DNA of 64,000 nucleotides, taken from contig CALAHN010000067.1 in assembly GCA_937891825.1 (NCBI GenBank), positions 1,149 to 65,148 on the forward strand, read 5' to 3'. The position numbers were made by a program, and so were the translations under genes. This document shows positions 1-8,839 of the stretch, one piece after another. Every line of letters begins with the position of its first letter. The first letter of the stretch is position 1. Source of the stretch: an uncultured Alphaproteobacteria bacterium (lineage in GTDB: Bacteria > Pseudomonadota > Alphaproteobacteria > Bin95). The notes under the pieces are model-generated. The model worked only from the letters and a program-made list of their open reading frames with translations, had not been told where the DNA came from and made no database searches.

Positions 1-259
1 CCACGACCTGGAGCGCCAGTCCCGCATAAAGCGTGCGCGTCAGCCCGAAGCGCGCCGCGACCCATCCAGCCGACAGGTTGGTCACGACGCCCATGAATTC
101 ATACAGCAGGAACAGATAGGCCAGTTGGATCGGGCCGAAGCCCAGTTCGTGGAAATGCAGCAGGACGAGCATACGCAGCGCCCCGTCCGTCAGCATGAAC
201 GCCCAATAGGCCGCTGTTACGACGAGATAGGCCCCGAAGCCCTGCGCGCGCTCTGCCAT
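1..259 (-). CDS. Partial MFS-like membrane transporter; N-terminus only, gene runs off the window start
   Basis: Minus-strand ATG at 259-257 translates to MAERAQGFGAYLVVTAAYWAFMLTDGALRMLVLLHFHELGFGPIQLAYLF..., hydrophobic and transporter-like. There is no stop before position 1. It is absent from the ORF track because it is incomplete. Confidence 0.35.
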   Translation of the reverse strand, partial: MAERAQGFGAYLVVTAAYWAFMLTDGALRMLVLLHFHELGFGPIQLAYLFLLYEFMGVVTNLSAGWVAARFGLTRTLYAGLALQVV

Positions 260-262
260 GGC

Positions 263-1264
263 CTAATCGACCGCCGCCACAAACGCCGCAAGGTCCGCCA
301 TGCGGTTCACGTAACCCCACTCGTTATCGTACCAGGCGATGACTTTGACCTGGGTCTCGTTGATCACCATGGTCGACAAGGCGTCGACAATGCTGGACCG
401 GGGATCGTTCAGGAAGTCGACGGACACCAACGGCCGTTCCTCATAGCCGAGAATGCCGTCGAGCGAACCGGCGGCCGCGGCGGCGAAGGCCGCATTGACT
501 TCAGCCGCCGTCGTCGGCCGGCTCACCTCAAACACTGCGTCGACGATTGACGCATTCAACAGCGGCACCCGGATCGCCATGCCGTTCAAGCGGCCTTCCA
601 ACTCCGGAAAGATCAGCCCGATCGCTTTGGCCGACCCCGTGGAGGTCGGAATCAGGGAGCTCAAGGCCGAGCGCGCGCGCCGCCAATCCTTGTGCGCCTT
701 GTCGACCATGCGCTGGGTATTGGTCACGTCATGGATGGTGGTGATCGAGCCATGGCGGATGCCGCAAAGCTCATGCACGACCTGAACGATGGGCGCCAGG
801 CAGTTCGTGGTGCAACTGGCCGCGGTCAACAGCCAGGGCCGGTCGCCAAGACAATCCAGGTGGTTGATCCCATAGACGATGTTCAGCGCGTCGGTCTTGA
901 CGGGCGCCGCGACAATGACGGTCTTGACCCCAGCTTCGCGATAAGCGGCCAAAGTCGCTGCGTCCTTGAAGACGCCGGTGCATTCGAGCACGATATCGCA
1001 GCCCCACTCGGCCCAGGGGGCGCCTGCGATCGTCGCCGAATTGGCATAGGCGATGGGCGCGCCGTCGACAAGCATATGCCCGTCGCCGGCGGAAACTTCC
1101 CGATCCCAGCGGCCGTGCACTGAATCGAACGTCAGCAGATGCGCCGAGAGCGCCGCGTCGCCCGCGATTTCATTGACGCCGACGACCGTCAAGCCTGCCC
1201 GCCCCCACAATGACCGCAGCACAAGGCGCCCCATTCGGCCGAAGCCGTTGATGCCGATCCGCAT
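263..1264 (-). CDS. gap: Type I glyceraldehyde-3-phosphate dehydrogenase
   Basis: 333 aa. N-terminal [13 protein letters not shown] Rossmann motif. Catalytic region SCTTNCLAP. Diagnostic of GAPDH/E4PDH family. Confidence 0.9.
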   Translation of the reverse strand: MRIGINGFGRMGRLVLRSLWGRAGLTVVGVNEIAGDAALSAHLLTFDSVHGRWDREVSAGDGHMLVDGAPIAYANSATIAGAPWAEWGCDIVLECTGVFKDAATLAAYREAGVKTVIVAAPVKTDALNIVYGINHLDCLGDRPWLLTAASCTTNCLAPIVQVVHELCGIRHGSITTIHDVTNTQRMVDKAHKDWRRARSALSSLIPTSTGSAKAIGLIFPELEGRLNGMAIRVPLLNASIVDAVFEVSRPTTAAEVNAAFAAAAAGSLDGILGYEERPLVSVDFLNDPRSSIVDALSTMVINETQVKVIAWYDNEWGYVNRMADLAAFVAAVD

Positions 1265-1341
1265 CGCGCTCTACTCCTCGGTCCCGTCCTATTTCGGGGT
1301 CGTGATAGGACGGGCGCATGACAGTCTTGTTACAGCGCCCT

Positions 1342-2709
1342 TCAGTAAGCGTACCTTGCATAGATCGGCTTGACGGAGCCGCCCCATTCGCCGTGATACA
1401 GGGCCAGCTTTTCGTCCGCCGGGGTCTGGCCGCTAGCCGCGATATCATCAAGGGTCGCTAGGAAGTGCGCTTCATTGTCGCCGCTGGAATCCTGGCGATT
1501 GCGGGCGTTCAACCCATCCCTGGCGATCGCCAGCACGTCCTTGGCGACGTCCCGCAAGGTCCGTCCGGCGATGGTCGCGCGAAGGCCGTCGATCGCTGCC
1601 GCGTCGCGCAAACTCTGCATGTCCGCGGCCGACCATTTGCGCGTCAGGGCCAAAGCCGCCTTCTGGGCTGCATCGTCGTACAGGATCCCGGTCCAGAATG
1701 CCGAAAGCGCGCAAATGCTGGACCAGGGTCCGCCATCGGCGCCGCGCATTTCAAGGAACCGTTTCAAGCGCACTTCCGGGAACGACGTCGTAACATGGTC
1801 GCCCCAGTCGCCCATATGCGGCGTCTCGCCCGGCAGTTGTGGCAACTTGCCCTCGATGAAGGCGCGAAAGCTTTCGCCCGCGACGTCAATGTATTTGCCG
1901 TCCCGGTAGACGAAATACATCGGCGTATCGAGCAGATAGTCGACATACCGCTCGAATCCGAAACCGTCCTCGAAGACGAAATCGAGCATGCCGCATCGGT
2001 CGGGATCGACATCGGTCCAGACAAACGAGCGCTCGCTGACGCGGCCTGTCGGCTTGCCCTCGACGAACGGCGAGTTCGCGAACAGCGCGGTCGCGAGCGG
2101 CTGCAGCGCCAGCGAGACCCGAAATTTCTCGACCATGTCGGCTTCGCTGCCGAAATCCAGGTTAGTCTGGATGGTGCAGGTCCGCGTCATCATGTCGAGG
2201 CCGCGGCCGCCGACCTTCGGCATGTAGTTCCGCATGACATTGTACCGGCCCTTCGGCATCCACGGCATGTCTTCCTGCCGGCCTTCGGGGTCGAAGCCGA
2301 CGCCCAGCATGCCAAGACCAAGGTCAGCGCAGACCGCGCGAGCTTCGACCAGGTGGTCGTTGGCCTCGGCGCAGGTCTGATGCAGGGTTTCCAGCGGCGC
2401 GCCCGACAGTTCGAACTGCCCGCCCGGCTCCAGGCTGATATTGCAGTCGTCGCGGCTGAGCGCGATCGTGGCGCCGGATTCCTGGATCTTCGTCCAGCCA
2501 TACCGGTCCGCGATCGTATTCAGCAGAATGCCGATGCCGTCCGGGCCGTCATAGGGGACGCGGGTATGATCCGCGAGGCGGTAGACGAATTTTTCGTGTT
2601 CCGTGCCGATCCGCCATTGGGACTTCGGCTTCGACCCGACCTCCATCCATTCGATCATCTGCCGCTTCGAGGTGATCGGAACTCCGCCCGAACTTGGTGG
2701 CGCCGCCAT
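1342..2709 (-). CDS. gshA: Glutamate--cysteine ligase, plant/alphaproteobacterial type (GCS2 family)
   Basis: 455 aa. Sequence and length are typical of plant-type gamma-GCS (…KRQMIEWMEVGSKPKSQWRIGTEHEKF…). Clean single ORF. Confidence 0.8.
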   Translation of the reverse strand: MAAPPSSGGVPITSKRQMIEWMEVGSKPKSQWRIGTEHEKFVYRLADHTRVPYDGPDGIGILLNTIADRYGWTKIQESGATIALSRDDCNISLEPGGQFELSGAPLETLHQTCAEANDHLVEARAVCADLGLGMLGVGFDPEGRQEDMPWMPKGRYNVMRNYMPKVGGRGLDMMTRTCTIQTNLDFGSEADMVEKFRVSLALQPLATALFANSPFVEGKPTGRVSERSFVWTDVDPDRCGMLDFVFEDGFGFERYVDYLLDTPMYFVYRDGKYIDVAGESFRAFIEGKLPQLPGETPHMGDWGDHVTTSFPEVRLKRFLEMRGADGGPWSSICALSAFWTGILYDDAAQKAALALTRKWSAADMQSLRDAAAIDGLRATIAGRTLRDVAKDVLAIARDGLNARNRQDSSGDNEAHFLATLDDIAASGQTPADEKLALYHGEWGGSVKPIYARYAY

Positions 2710-2718
2710 CTTGTATCC

Positions 2719-3492
2719 TTACCGTGTGACCGGGCGCGCCTTCGCGAAATCGCCCAAAATCGCCTGCCCGAGCGCGAGCCCGACCAAAGCCGCAGTTTCA
2801 GCCCGAAGCACCCGCGGCCCGAACCCAACCTTTGCAACAAAATCCAACTGACCGAGACCGTCAAGCTCACCCTGCGCAAAGCCGCCTTCGGGTCCAACGA
2901 GTAATCCGAACGGGCCGGGACGCGCGCCTGTCAGCGCCTCGCGCATCGGCGGCGCGGTCCCGGTTTCATCGCCGACAATCAGCAGGCGATCACGGGGCCA
3001 ATCCGCCAAAGCGTCCGGCAACGGCTGTAGCGCCTCGATCGCCGGCACGTCCAGACGCTCCGATTGTTCGGCCGCTTCGATGGCGATCCGGGTCAAGCGA
3101 TCGTGATTGATGCGGTCCTGGTTCGACCGCTCCGTGCGCACCGGCAGCAAGCGGCTGACTCCAAGCTCGGTCGCCTTCTCGACTATCAGTTCGGTCGGCG
3201 TGCGCTTGATCGCCGCGAACAGCAGCCATGGACCTGCGTGAGTCGCGGGCGGGCGGGTCTGGCCAGCGAGCTCCAGAAGGCCGGCATCGCGCCCGGTTTG
3301 CCTGAGAAAGGCCGCCCATTCCCCGTCCCGCCCATTGAACAGCAGGACCGCCGCGTCGGGCTTGCGGCGCAGGACCGCGAACAGGTAGCGCGCTTGTTCC
3401 CGTGAGAGCGGCAGCACCGCGCCAGCGGCAAGCGGCGCCTCGACAAACAGGCGCGGCGCCCGATATGTCGCTGGCAGTTCTGTGTCAGGCAT
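2719..3492 (-). CDS. rsmE: 16S rRNA (uracil1498-N3)-methyltransferase RsmE
   Basis: The C-terminal LLVGPEGGF motif and overall similarity indicate the RsmE family. The ORF-track entry 2719..3816 is an upstream extension that overlaps ubiA. Start re-placed at the internal ATG 3492 (MPDTELPATYRAPRLFVE…), giving 258 aa. Confidence 0.75.
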   Translation of the reverse strand: MPDTELPATYRAPRLFVEAPLAAGAVLPLSREQARYLFAVLRRKPDAAVLLFNGRDGEWAAFLRQTGRDAGLLELAGQTRPPATHAGPWLLFAAIKRTPTELIVEKATELGVSRLLPVRTERSNQDRINHDRLTRIAIEAAEQSERLDVPAIEALQPLPDALADWPRDRLLIVGDETGTAPPMREALTGARPGPFGLLVGPEGGFAQGELDGLGQLDFVAKVGFGPRVLRAETAALVGLALGQAILGDFAKARPVTR

Positions 3493-3506
3493 GGTCAAAC
3501 ATCCGG

Positions 3507-4496
3507 ATGAGCGAACCTTCGAACGACGGATCCAGGGATGACGCCGCCGCCGAGATATCGGCGGACGGGCAAGCAAGCGCAAGCGACATTGTCGAAGGCA
3601 GCTCCATCCTGCGGCTGCTACCCGCGTCCTGGCGGCCCTACGCACGGCTCGCCCGATTGGACCGGCCAATCGGCGCATGGCTGTTGCTGCTGCCCTGCTG
3701 GCTCGGCTTGGCGTTCGCGGTCGCGGCCGGCGCGGCGCCGTTGACGTGGAGCATCTTCCTCGACGGCGCCCTCTTCGCCGTGGGCGCTCTCCTGATGCGC
3801 GGGGCCGGGTGCACAATCAATGATATCGCCGACCGCAATTTCGACGGCAAGGTCGCGCGCACCGCCTTGCGGCCGATTCCATCCGGTCAGGTCAGCGTGC
3901 GCCAGGCCCTCGTCTTTCTGGCTGGGCTGATGGCGCTTGGGGCGACAGTCCTCTTTCAATTCAATGCACTGACGATTGCGGTTGGCCTAGCCTCACTGCC
4001 ATTGATCGTTATCTATCCTTTCATGAAGCGGATCACCTGGTGGCCGCAACTCTTCCTTGGGCTGACGTTCAACTGGGGGGCTTTGGTCGGGTGGACGGCG
4101 GTCGCGGACACGCTGCCGCTCGCGCCGATCCTGCTGTATATCGCGGGAATCTTCTGGACGCTTGGCTACGACACAATTTATGCGCACCAGGATAAGGAAG
4201 ACGACGCTCTCGTCGGCGTCAAGTCGACCGCGCGCCTGTTCCAGGACGGCAGCCGCCGTTGGATCGGCGCCTTCTACGCCAGCATGATCGGCTGGATCCT
4301 GTTCGCGGGCTTCAGCGTCGGGCTGCACTGGACCTTCGTGATCGGCGTCGGCGCAGCGGCCTGGCATCTGATGCGCCAGGCGACGGAGGTCGATCTCGAC
4401 GATCCGTCCGACTGCCTCAACACCTTCAAGAGCAATCGCGACGTCGGTTTCCTGCTGCTCGCGGCGTTCGGCCTGGCGACGGCATTCGGCGCTTGA
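3507..4496 (+). CDS. ubiA: 4-hydroxybenzoate polyprenyltransferase
   Basis: UbiA prenyltransferase motifs (NDIADRNFD…, DKEDD) and multiple TM helices. Start set to ATG 3507 (MSEPSNDG…); the upstream portion of ORF 3402.. overlaps rsmE. Divergent from rsmE/gshA. Confidence 0.8.
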   Translation: MSEPSNDGSRDDAAAEISADGQASASDIVEGSSILRLLPASWRPYARLARLDRPIGAWLLLLPCWLGLAFAVAAGAAPLTWSIFLDGALFAVGALLMRGAGCTINDIADRNFDGKVARTALRPIPSGQVSVRQALVFLAGLMALGATVLFQFNALTIAVGLASLPLIVIYPFMKRITWWPQLFLGLTFNWGALVGWTAVADTLPLAPILLYIAGIFWTLGYDTIYAHQDKEDDALVGVKSTARLFQDGSRRWIGAFYASMIGWILFAGFSVGLHWTFVIGVGAAAWHLMRQATEVDLDDPSDCLNTFKSNRDVGFLLLAAFGLATAFGA

Positions 4497-5161
4497 AGCT
4501 GAAGCCCGCCGACGCCGCGCGCTTCATCCGATCGCACACGATCTTGCAGGCCCCGCCCCTCATCCCGGAGATCCGCCTCTGGACCGCGGCCGAGGCGACG
4601 GCGCTTTGGGAGGCTAGTGAGAATTTTCTCGAGGAAGTCGGTTTGCAACCGCCCTTCTGGGCCTTCCCCTGGGCCGGCGGGCAAGCTCTGGCGCGGTACA
4701 TCCTGGACCGGCCGGAAACGGTCGCGGGCAAGCGGACGCTGGATTTCGGCTCAGGCTCCGGGCTGGTGGCGATCGCAGCGCTGCTCGCCGGCGCCCGGAC
4801 AGCGACGGCGGCCGACCTCGACCCCCTGGCCGCGGTCGCGGCGACGTTGAACGGTGAAGCCAACGGCTGCGCGCCCACGCCTTTTGTCGGCGATGCGATC
4901 AGCCTCGATCCGGGGGCCTTCGACATCATTCTGGCGGGCGATGTCTGCTACGACCGCCGTCAGGCCGATCCGTCAAGCGCTTGGCTTTTCGCGGCAAGCC
5001 AGGAGGCTGAGACGGTGCTGATCGGCGATCCGGGACGAGCCTATTTTCCGCGGCATGGCCTGGATGTCGTGGCCGAGTATCAGGCCGTGACGCCGCTTGA
5101 ACTGGAGAAGGCCGACATCACTGCCACGCGGGTCTGGCGGGCACGGAGAAGCCCCATCTGA
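4493..5161 (+). CDS. Class I SAM-dependent methyltransferase (protein-lysine MTase-like, small-domain type)
   Basis: DFGSGSGLVAIAALLAG SAM-binding motif; FWAFPWAGGQALARYI is typical of this methyltransferase family. There is no in-frame ATG after the ubiA stop. A TTG at 4493 overlaps the ubiA stop (cTTGA), which suggests translational coupling. The longer ORF-track version (4259..) overlaps ubiA and is unlikely. Confidence 0.55.
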   Translation: MKLKPADAARFIRSHTILQAPPLIPEIRLWTAAEATALWEASENFLEEVGLQPPFWAFPWAGGQALARYILDRPETVAGKRTLDFGSGSGLVAIAALLAGARTATAADLDPLAAVAATLNGEANGCAPTPFVGDAISLDPGAFDIILAGDVCYDRRQADPSSAWLFAASQEAETVLIGDPGRAYFPRHGLDVVAEYQAVTPLELEKADITATRVWRARRSPI

Positions 5162-5260
5162 CCGCCGCGAGAAATTGCTAAGCCCTTTTCCCAAAAGCGT
5201 TTAGCGAAAATGCCCGGCATCTTGCTCTTGTAGGCCACGGAACGGCCCAAGGAGCAGAAA

Positions 5261-5482
5261 ATGTTTGTCAGGTCCGCAGGATTAGGGGCGACAGCTTCGA
5301 TACTTACAGGCATCGCCGTCGGCCTCTGGGCCGCCGCCGTGAACGCGCCGCCCGAAGTGGCGGGCGGCGTCGCTTCCGGCCTGGGAGGCGCCTTCGGCCT
5401 GCTGGCCTTCGGCTCCTCCATCGCGATCAGAACATTCCGCCGGAGACGTCGCTCCCCCTTCAACAACGCTTTTAGTGCTTGA
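5261..5482 (+). CDS. Small hypothetical membrane protein (73 aa, Gly/Ala-rich TM segments)
   Basis: Good Shine-Dalgarno aaggagcagaaaATG. Two predicted hydrophobic helices. No recognisable family. Confidence 0.35.
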   Translation: MFVRSAGLGATASILTGIAVGLWAAAVNAPPEVAGGVASGLGGAFGLLAFGSSIAIRTFRRRRRSPFNNAFSA

Positions 5483-5762
5483 GCCGCTTGTAGGCAGCGG
5501 TCAACTGTTCGCCCGACAGGCCCGCCGAGCGCTTGAACAGAATCGTACAGCGGCCTTCCGCCGCGCTTTCCACGGTTCCAGGAAACGCCCCGACTTCCGC
5601 GATACAAGCGACGACCTGGGCGCCGATCGCCAACGATACCTCAAGATCGACCAGGATCTGGCGCGGCGTCAGCTCTGCCAGCCGGCAATCGGTCCATTCG
5701 CCGGCATGGATCAGCTTGGCGTCGCGGCCCTTGAACGTTTCGACCGAATCAGGTTTCGACAT
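5472..5762 (-). CDS. Hypothetical protein (96 aa)
   Basis: ATG at 5762 is preceded by a strong SD GGGAGGGG; the ORF-track start at 5780 is a TTG. Lies 21 nt downstream of the 5802..6227 gene on the same strand, so a likely two-gene operon. No confident domain assignment. Confidence 0.45.
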   Translation of the reverse strand: MSKPDSVETFKGRDAKLIHAGEWTDCRLAELTPRQILVDLEVSLAIGAQVVACIAEVGAFPGTVESAAEGRCTILFKRSAGLSGEQLTAAYKRLKH

Positions 5763-5801
5763 GATATCTGCCCCTCCCAAGGCATGATCGTCTGACTAGC
5801 G

Positions 5802-6227
5802 TCAGTTTGCGTGAACCCGCATTGCCTGCTGGCGACCGGGGATGAAGCGCGGCGCGGCAGGCTTCGGCTCGGCGATCGTCTCGGCCATTGTCCGGAAATC
5901 GGCGAGCGGCGCTGAACGATGATCGTTCGCGGCTGGCTCCGGCGGCGCCGCAGGCGCGGCTTGCGCCGGTCGATGGCCGGCCTGCATCCGATCGAGCAGC
6001 AAAATGTCCGAAATCCTGCGAACGTCATTCCCGAGGATCGAGGAATTTTCCGCAATGACGCGCTCCATCGTCTTGATGCGACGCGACATCGCCATCAGCA
6101 CGAGCGGCACCGCACACCAGACCGCGCTGCCGATCACCAGAAATATGAACAATGTGAACCCGCTGAAGCTCAAGCTCGACAATGAGTTGGCGACGACGTG
6201 TTCCAGCCCAATAGCGCTGCTTCCCAT
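5802..6227 (-). CDS. Hypothetical membrane protein (141 aa, N-terminal TM helices, Pro/Ala-rich C-terminus)
   Basis: Clean ORF. Hydrophobic N-terminal segment FTLFIFLVIGSAVWCAVPLVLMAM. No recognisable family. Confidence 0.45.
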   Translation of the reverse strand: MGSSAIGLEHVVANSLSSLSFSGFTLFIFLVIGSAVWCAVPLVLMAMSRRIKTMERVIAENSSILGNDVRRISDILLLDRMQAGHRPAQAAPAAPPEPAANDHRSAPLADFRTMAETIAEPKPAAPRFIPGRQQAMRVHAN

Positions 6228-6322
6228 CTCTCTCTCCCAAGACTGGCGTCCCCGGTTGTGGGACCCTATCGTGAGATTTGAGTATCGTCGCGCGCCCTGA
6301 AAGTCGCGTTTAGGAATGCGAT

Positions 6323-6350
6323 TTGCCTTTTTGTAAAATTAGATTAAATC
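6323..6350 (+). promoter_or_regulatory. Candidate sigma70-type promoter for the downstream SDR gene (TTGCCT-N16-TAAATC) in an unusually AT-rich stretch
   Basis: TTGCCT at 6323-6328 and TAAATC at 6345-6350 with a 16-nt spacer. Local GC is far below the window average. SD GAAGGAA precedes ATG 6378. Confidence 0.3.
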
Positions 6351-6377
6351 AAAGACTTGAAGGAATTAGCTAAAATT

Positions 6378-7139
6378 ATGCCGAAAGCGGACGATAGGCT
6401 TCCAACTGGCGCGGCGATGGTGACGGGCGGCGCGCGCCGGATCGGGCGCGAGATCGCCTTGACCCTGGCTCGCGCGGGCCGCCCCGTCGTAGTGCATTTC
6501 AATCATTCTGCCGATGACGCCGCCTTGACGGTCCGCGCCATCGAAGGCTTGGGCGGCCGTGCGGTCGCTGTCACGGCGGACCTCGCCGACGCCGACGCCG
6601 CGGCCGGGTTGATAGCGCGCGCCAGCGCGGCGATCGGCATGCCCATCGACTGCTTGGTCAACAACGCTTCGATCTTCGCCTATGACCGGCCCAGGACCTT
6701 TAAGAGCGACGACTTCGACCGGAACATGGCGATCCATGTGCGCGCCCCGGCCCTGCTCGCCCAGGGCCTGGCGGCGCAGCGCCCGAAGCTCACCCGCGGC
6801 GTCATTGTGAACTTGCTGGATCAGAAGTCGTTCAATCCGGACGCCGCGTTCTTCAGTTACACGATCAGCAAGCATGCGCTTCTGGGCCTGACCCATGTGC
6901 TCGCACGCGCCCTGGCGCCGGGGATCCGCGTTAATGGAGTCGCGCTCGGGATGACGCTCGCGCCGCCCGGCATGTCGGACGAGAAATTTCAGGAGATCCA
7001 GGCCGGCGCCCCGCTCGGACGCGGCGCCTCGCCCGCCGAAATTGCGCGGGCGGTCTTGTTCCTGATCGAAAGCGAGGCTGTCACTGGCGAGACCCTGCTG
7101 GTCGATGGCGGCGAACATATGGGCCGCTCCAGGGCCTGA
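6378..7139 (+). CDS. SDR family oxidoreductase (pteridine reductase/FolM-like)
   Basis: MVTGGARRIGREIA glycine-rich NAD(P)-binding motif. YxxxK catalytic region present (YTISKHA). ATG 6378 has SD gaaggaa. Confidence 0.75.
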   Translation: MPKADDRLPTGAAMVTGGARRIGREIALTLARAGRPVVVHFNHSADDAALTVRAIEGLGGRAVAVTADLADADAAAGLIARASAAIGMPIDCLVNNASIFAYDRPRTFKSDDFDRNMAIHVRAPALLAQGLAAQRPKLTRGVIVNLLDQKSFNPDAAFFSYTISKHALLGLTHVLARALAPGIRVNGVALGMTLAPPGMSDEKFQEIQAGAPLGRGASPAEIARAVLFLIESEAVTGETLLVDGGEHMGRSRA

Positions 7140-7216
7140 AACTGTGGATTTTTAGCGGCCGTTAAGACGCGCCATGCGAGATTTCACATGAAGACACGCC
7201 CTGGAGCCGCCGTGAT

Positions 7217-7753
7217 ATGAGCTATGACATCAGCCGACTACGTTTCTTGATCGCGGAAGATAATGTCGCGATTGCAACGCTGTTTCGCAGCCTGCTGACA
7301 GGGCTTGGCGTGAAGGTCATCGCTGTGGCGCCGAACGGCGAAGCTGCGAAGCAACGTATCATCAAATTCAAGCCGGACATTGTCATTACTGACTTCAAGA
7401 TGGCGCCAGGCAGCGGCATCGACTTGACCCGCTGGTTGCGGCGGTCGCCAGATAGCCCCGACAACGAGATCGCGGTTATCATGACCTCGGCCTATTCCGA
7501 GGCTGCGCGCGTCGTCGAGGCGCGCGACGCGGGGGTCAATGAATTTCTGTTCAAGCCTGTAACTGTCCTCACGCTGTATCAACGCATCCAGTCTCTGATC
7601 GATTCCAATCATCCATTTGTGCGAGCTGCGACCTATGTCGGCCCGTGTCGCCGACGGAACAAGCGAGCCGACTATGCCGGCCCCCTGCGGCGCGCGAGCG
7701 ATCTTCCGGCGGCGGCGCAGTCGAAGGCGGACGTCGAGGAACTATCCATCTAG
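7217..7753 (+). CDS. Single-domain response regulator (CheY-like receiver) with a basic C-terminal tail
   Basis: Receiver-domain signature (…IAEDN…, DIVITDFKMAPGSGIDL, …TSAYSEA…KP). Extra C-terminal ~50 aa rich in R/K. No output domain and no adjacent kinase. Confidence 0.8.
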   Translation: MSYDISRLRFLIAEDNVAIATLFRSLLTGLGVKVIAVAPNGEAAKQRIIKFKPDIVITDFKMAPGSGIDLTRWLRRSPDSPDNEIAVIMTSAYSEAARVVEARDAGVNEFLFKPVTVLTLYQRIQSLIDSNHPFVRAATYVGPCRRRNKRADYAGPLRRASDLPAAAQSKADVEELSI

Positions 7754-7817
7754 CGCCTTTTCCGCCGGAGCCTGATATGAACTGGCTGACCCAGTCCAGG
7801 ATCCGGATCCCCAATTC

Positions 7818-8573
7818 GTGTCAATTGAACCTGAAATTGCAGCGTTGATTGCGCTTGCGTTCTTCCTCGGCAGTCTCGTCAAAGGCGTTGCGGGCATTGG
7901 CCTGCCGCTGGTCGCCATCCCGATCCTGACCTTCGGCATCGACGTGCGGGACGCCACGCCGATGATCGTCGGACCGGCGATCGCGACGAACATCTATCAG
8001 ATCCTGGAGACCCGGGCATCGCGCCTGCCCATGGGCGAGATCGCGCCCATCGTCGTTGGCTTGGTCGTCGGCACCTTCGCCGGCGCCCTGATCGCCGTAT
8101 CGATCGACCCCAAGGCCATGGTCGGCGTCATGGGCGCTGTCATTCTGGGTTTCGTCATCTTCAGTTTCAGCGGCTACAAGCCCAATATTCCAGCCCGAGG
8201 CCGCGGCGTCATGGGCTTGGCGGCCGGCGGCGGAACTGGCGTGATTGGCGGCATGACGGGCGTATTCGGCCCGGTGCTGGCGATCTACACGCTGTCGCTC
8301 AACCTTGCGAAGGACAGTTTCGTCTGGGCGATGGGCGTGCTGCTGCTGATCGCCTCAACGGGGCTTGGCCTGTCCTATGCCAGCCTCGGCGCATTGCCGG
8401 GCTGGGTCGCGATTGCCTCTATCGCCGCCATCCTGCCTGGCTTTGCCGGGGTCTGGACTGGGGCCAGATTGCGCCGGGTGATTTCACCAGACCTGTTCCG
8501 CAAGGTCATCCTGTCGATTCTCGCGGTGATAGCGCTCAAGCACATCGTCACGGCGCTTGGCCTCGCCGGATAG
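7818..8573 (+). CDS. TSUP family sulfite/organosulfonate exporter TauE/SafE
   Basis: Repeated 4-TM TauE/SafE halves (…FLGSLVKGVAGIGLPLVAIPIL…; …AAGGGTGVIGGMTGVFGPVLAI…). GTG start. Confidence 0.8.
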   Translation: MSIEPEIAALIALAFFLGSLVKGVAGIGLPLVAIPILTFGIDVRDATPMIVGPAIATNIYQILETRASRLPMGEIAPIVVGLVVGTFAGALIAVSIDPKAMVGVMGAVILGFVIFSFSGYKPNIPARGRGVMGLAAGGGTGVIGGMTGVFGPVLAIYTLSLNLAKDSFVWAMGVLLLIASTGLGLSYASLGALPGWVAIASIAAILPGFAGVWTGARLRRVISPDLFRKVILSILAVIALKHIVTALGLAG

Positions 8574-8839
8574 AGCATGCCGCGCTCAGGCGAGCGGGCG
8601 TTCCATGGGCTACATTTATGATATCTATCGATTATCCAGTCTTCGGTGATTCTGCCTGAGGCAGGCTTCGTCTTGAGCGGCATGGCGCCAGCGCAAAAAA
8701 GATTCTCCGTGACGAATTCTGCTCAATGCGCCATCCTGTTGGCACGCGCGGCAACCATGTCACGCTTCGACGATACGGCCCGATGCGGCGTTCCGCCGTT
8801 GGAAGGACGATCTATCAATAGCATTCCGGGAGGATCTAT

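Noticed and set aside
2719-3816. The 365-aa version of the rsmE ORF and the 364-aa version of ubiA, which overlap head-to-head by about 400 nt.
   Set aside because: The N-terminal extensions are Arg/Pro-rich junk. Both genes have internal ATGs (3492 and 3507) that give proteins of canonical length with no overlap.
5472-5762. PilZ (c-di-GMP binding) domain in the 96-aa hypothetical protein near the locus.
   Set aside because: The RxxxR and (D/N)xSxxG motifs are not present with correct spacing. Only a loose resemblance.
8574-8839. Possible TPP (thi-box) riboswitch in the leader of the NMT1/TAXI-like binding-protein gene.
   Set aside because: Only fragments (CTGAGG, GCCAGCG) resemble the thi-box. 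The CUGAGA and ACCUGAUCUGGAUAAUGCC core elements are absent. Reported only as a long leader.
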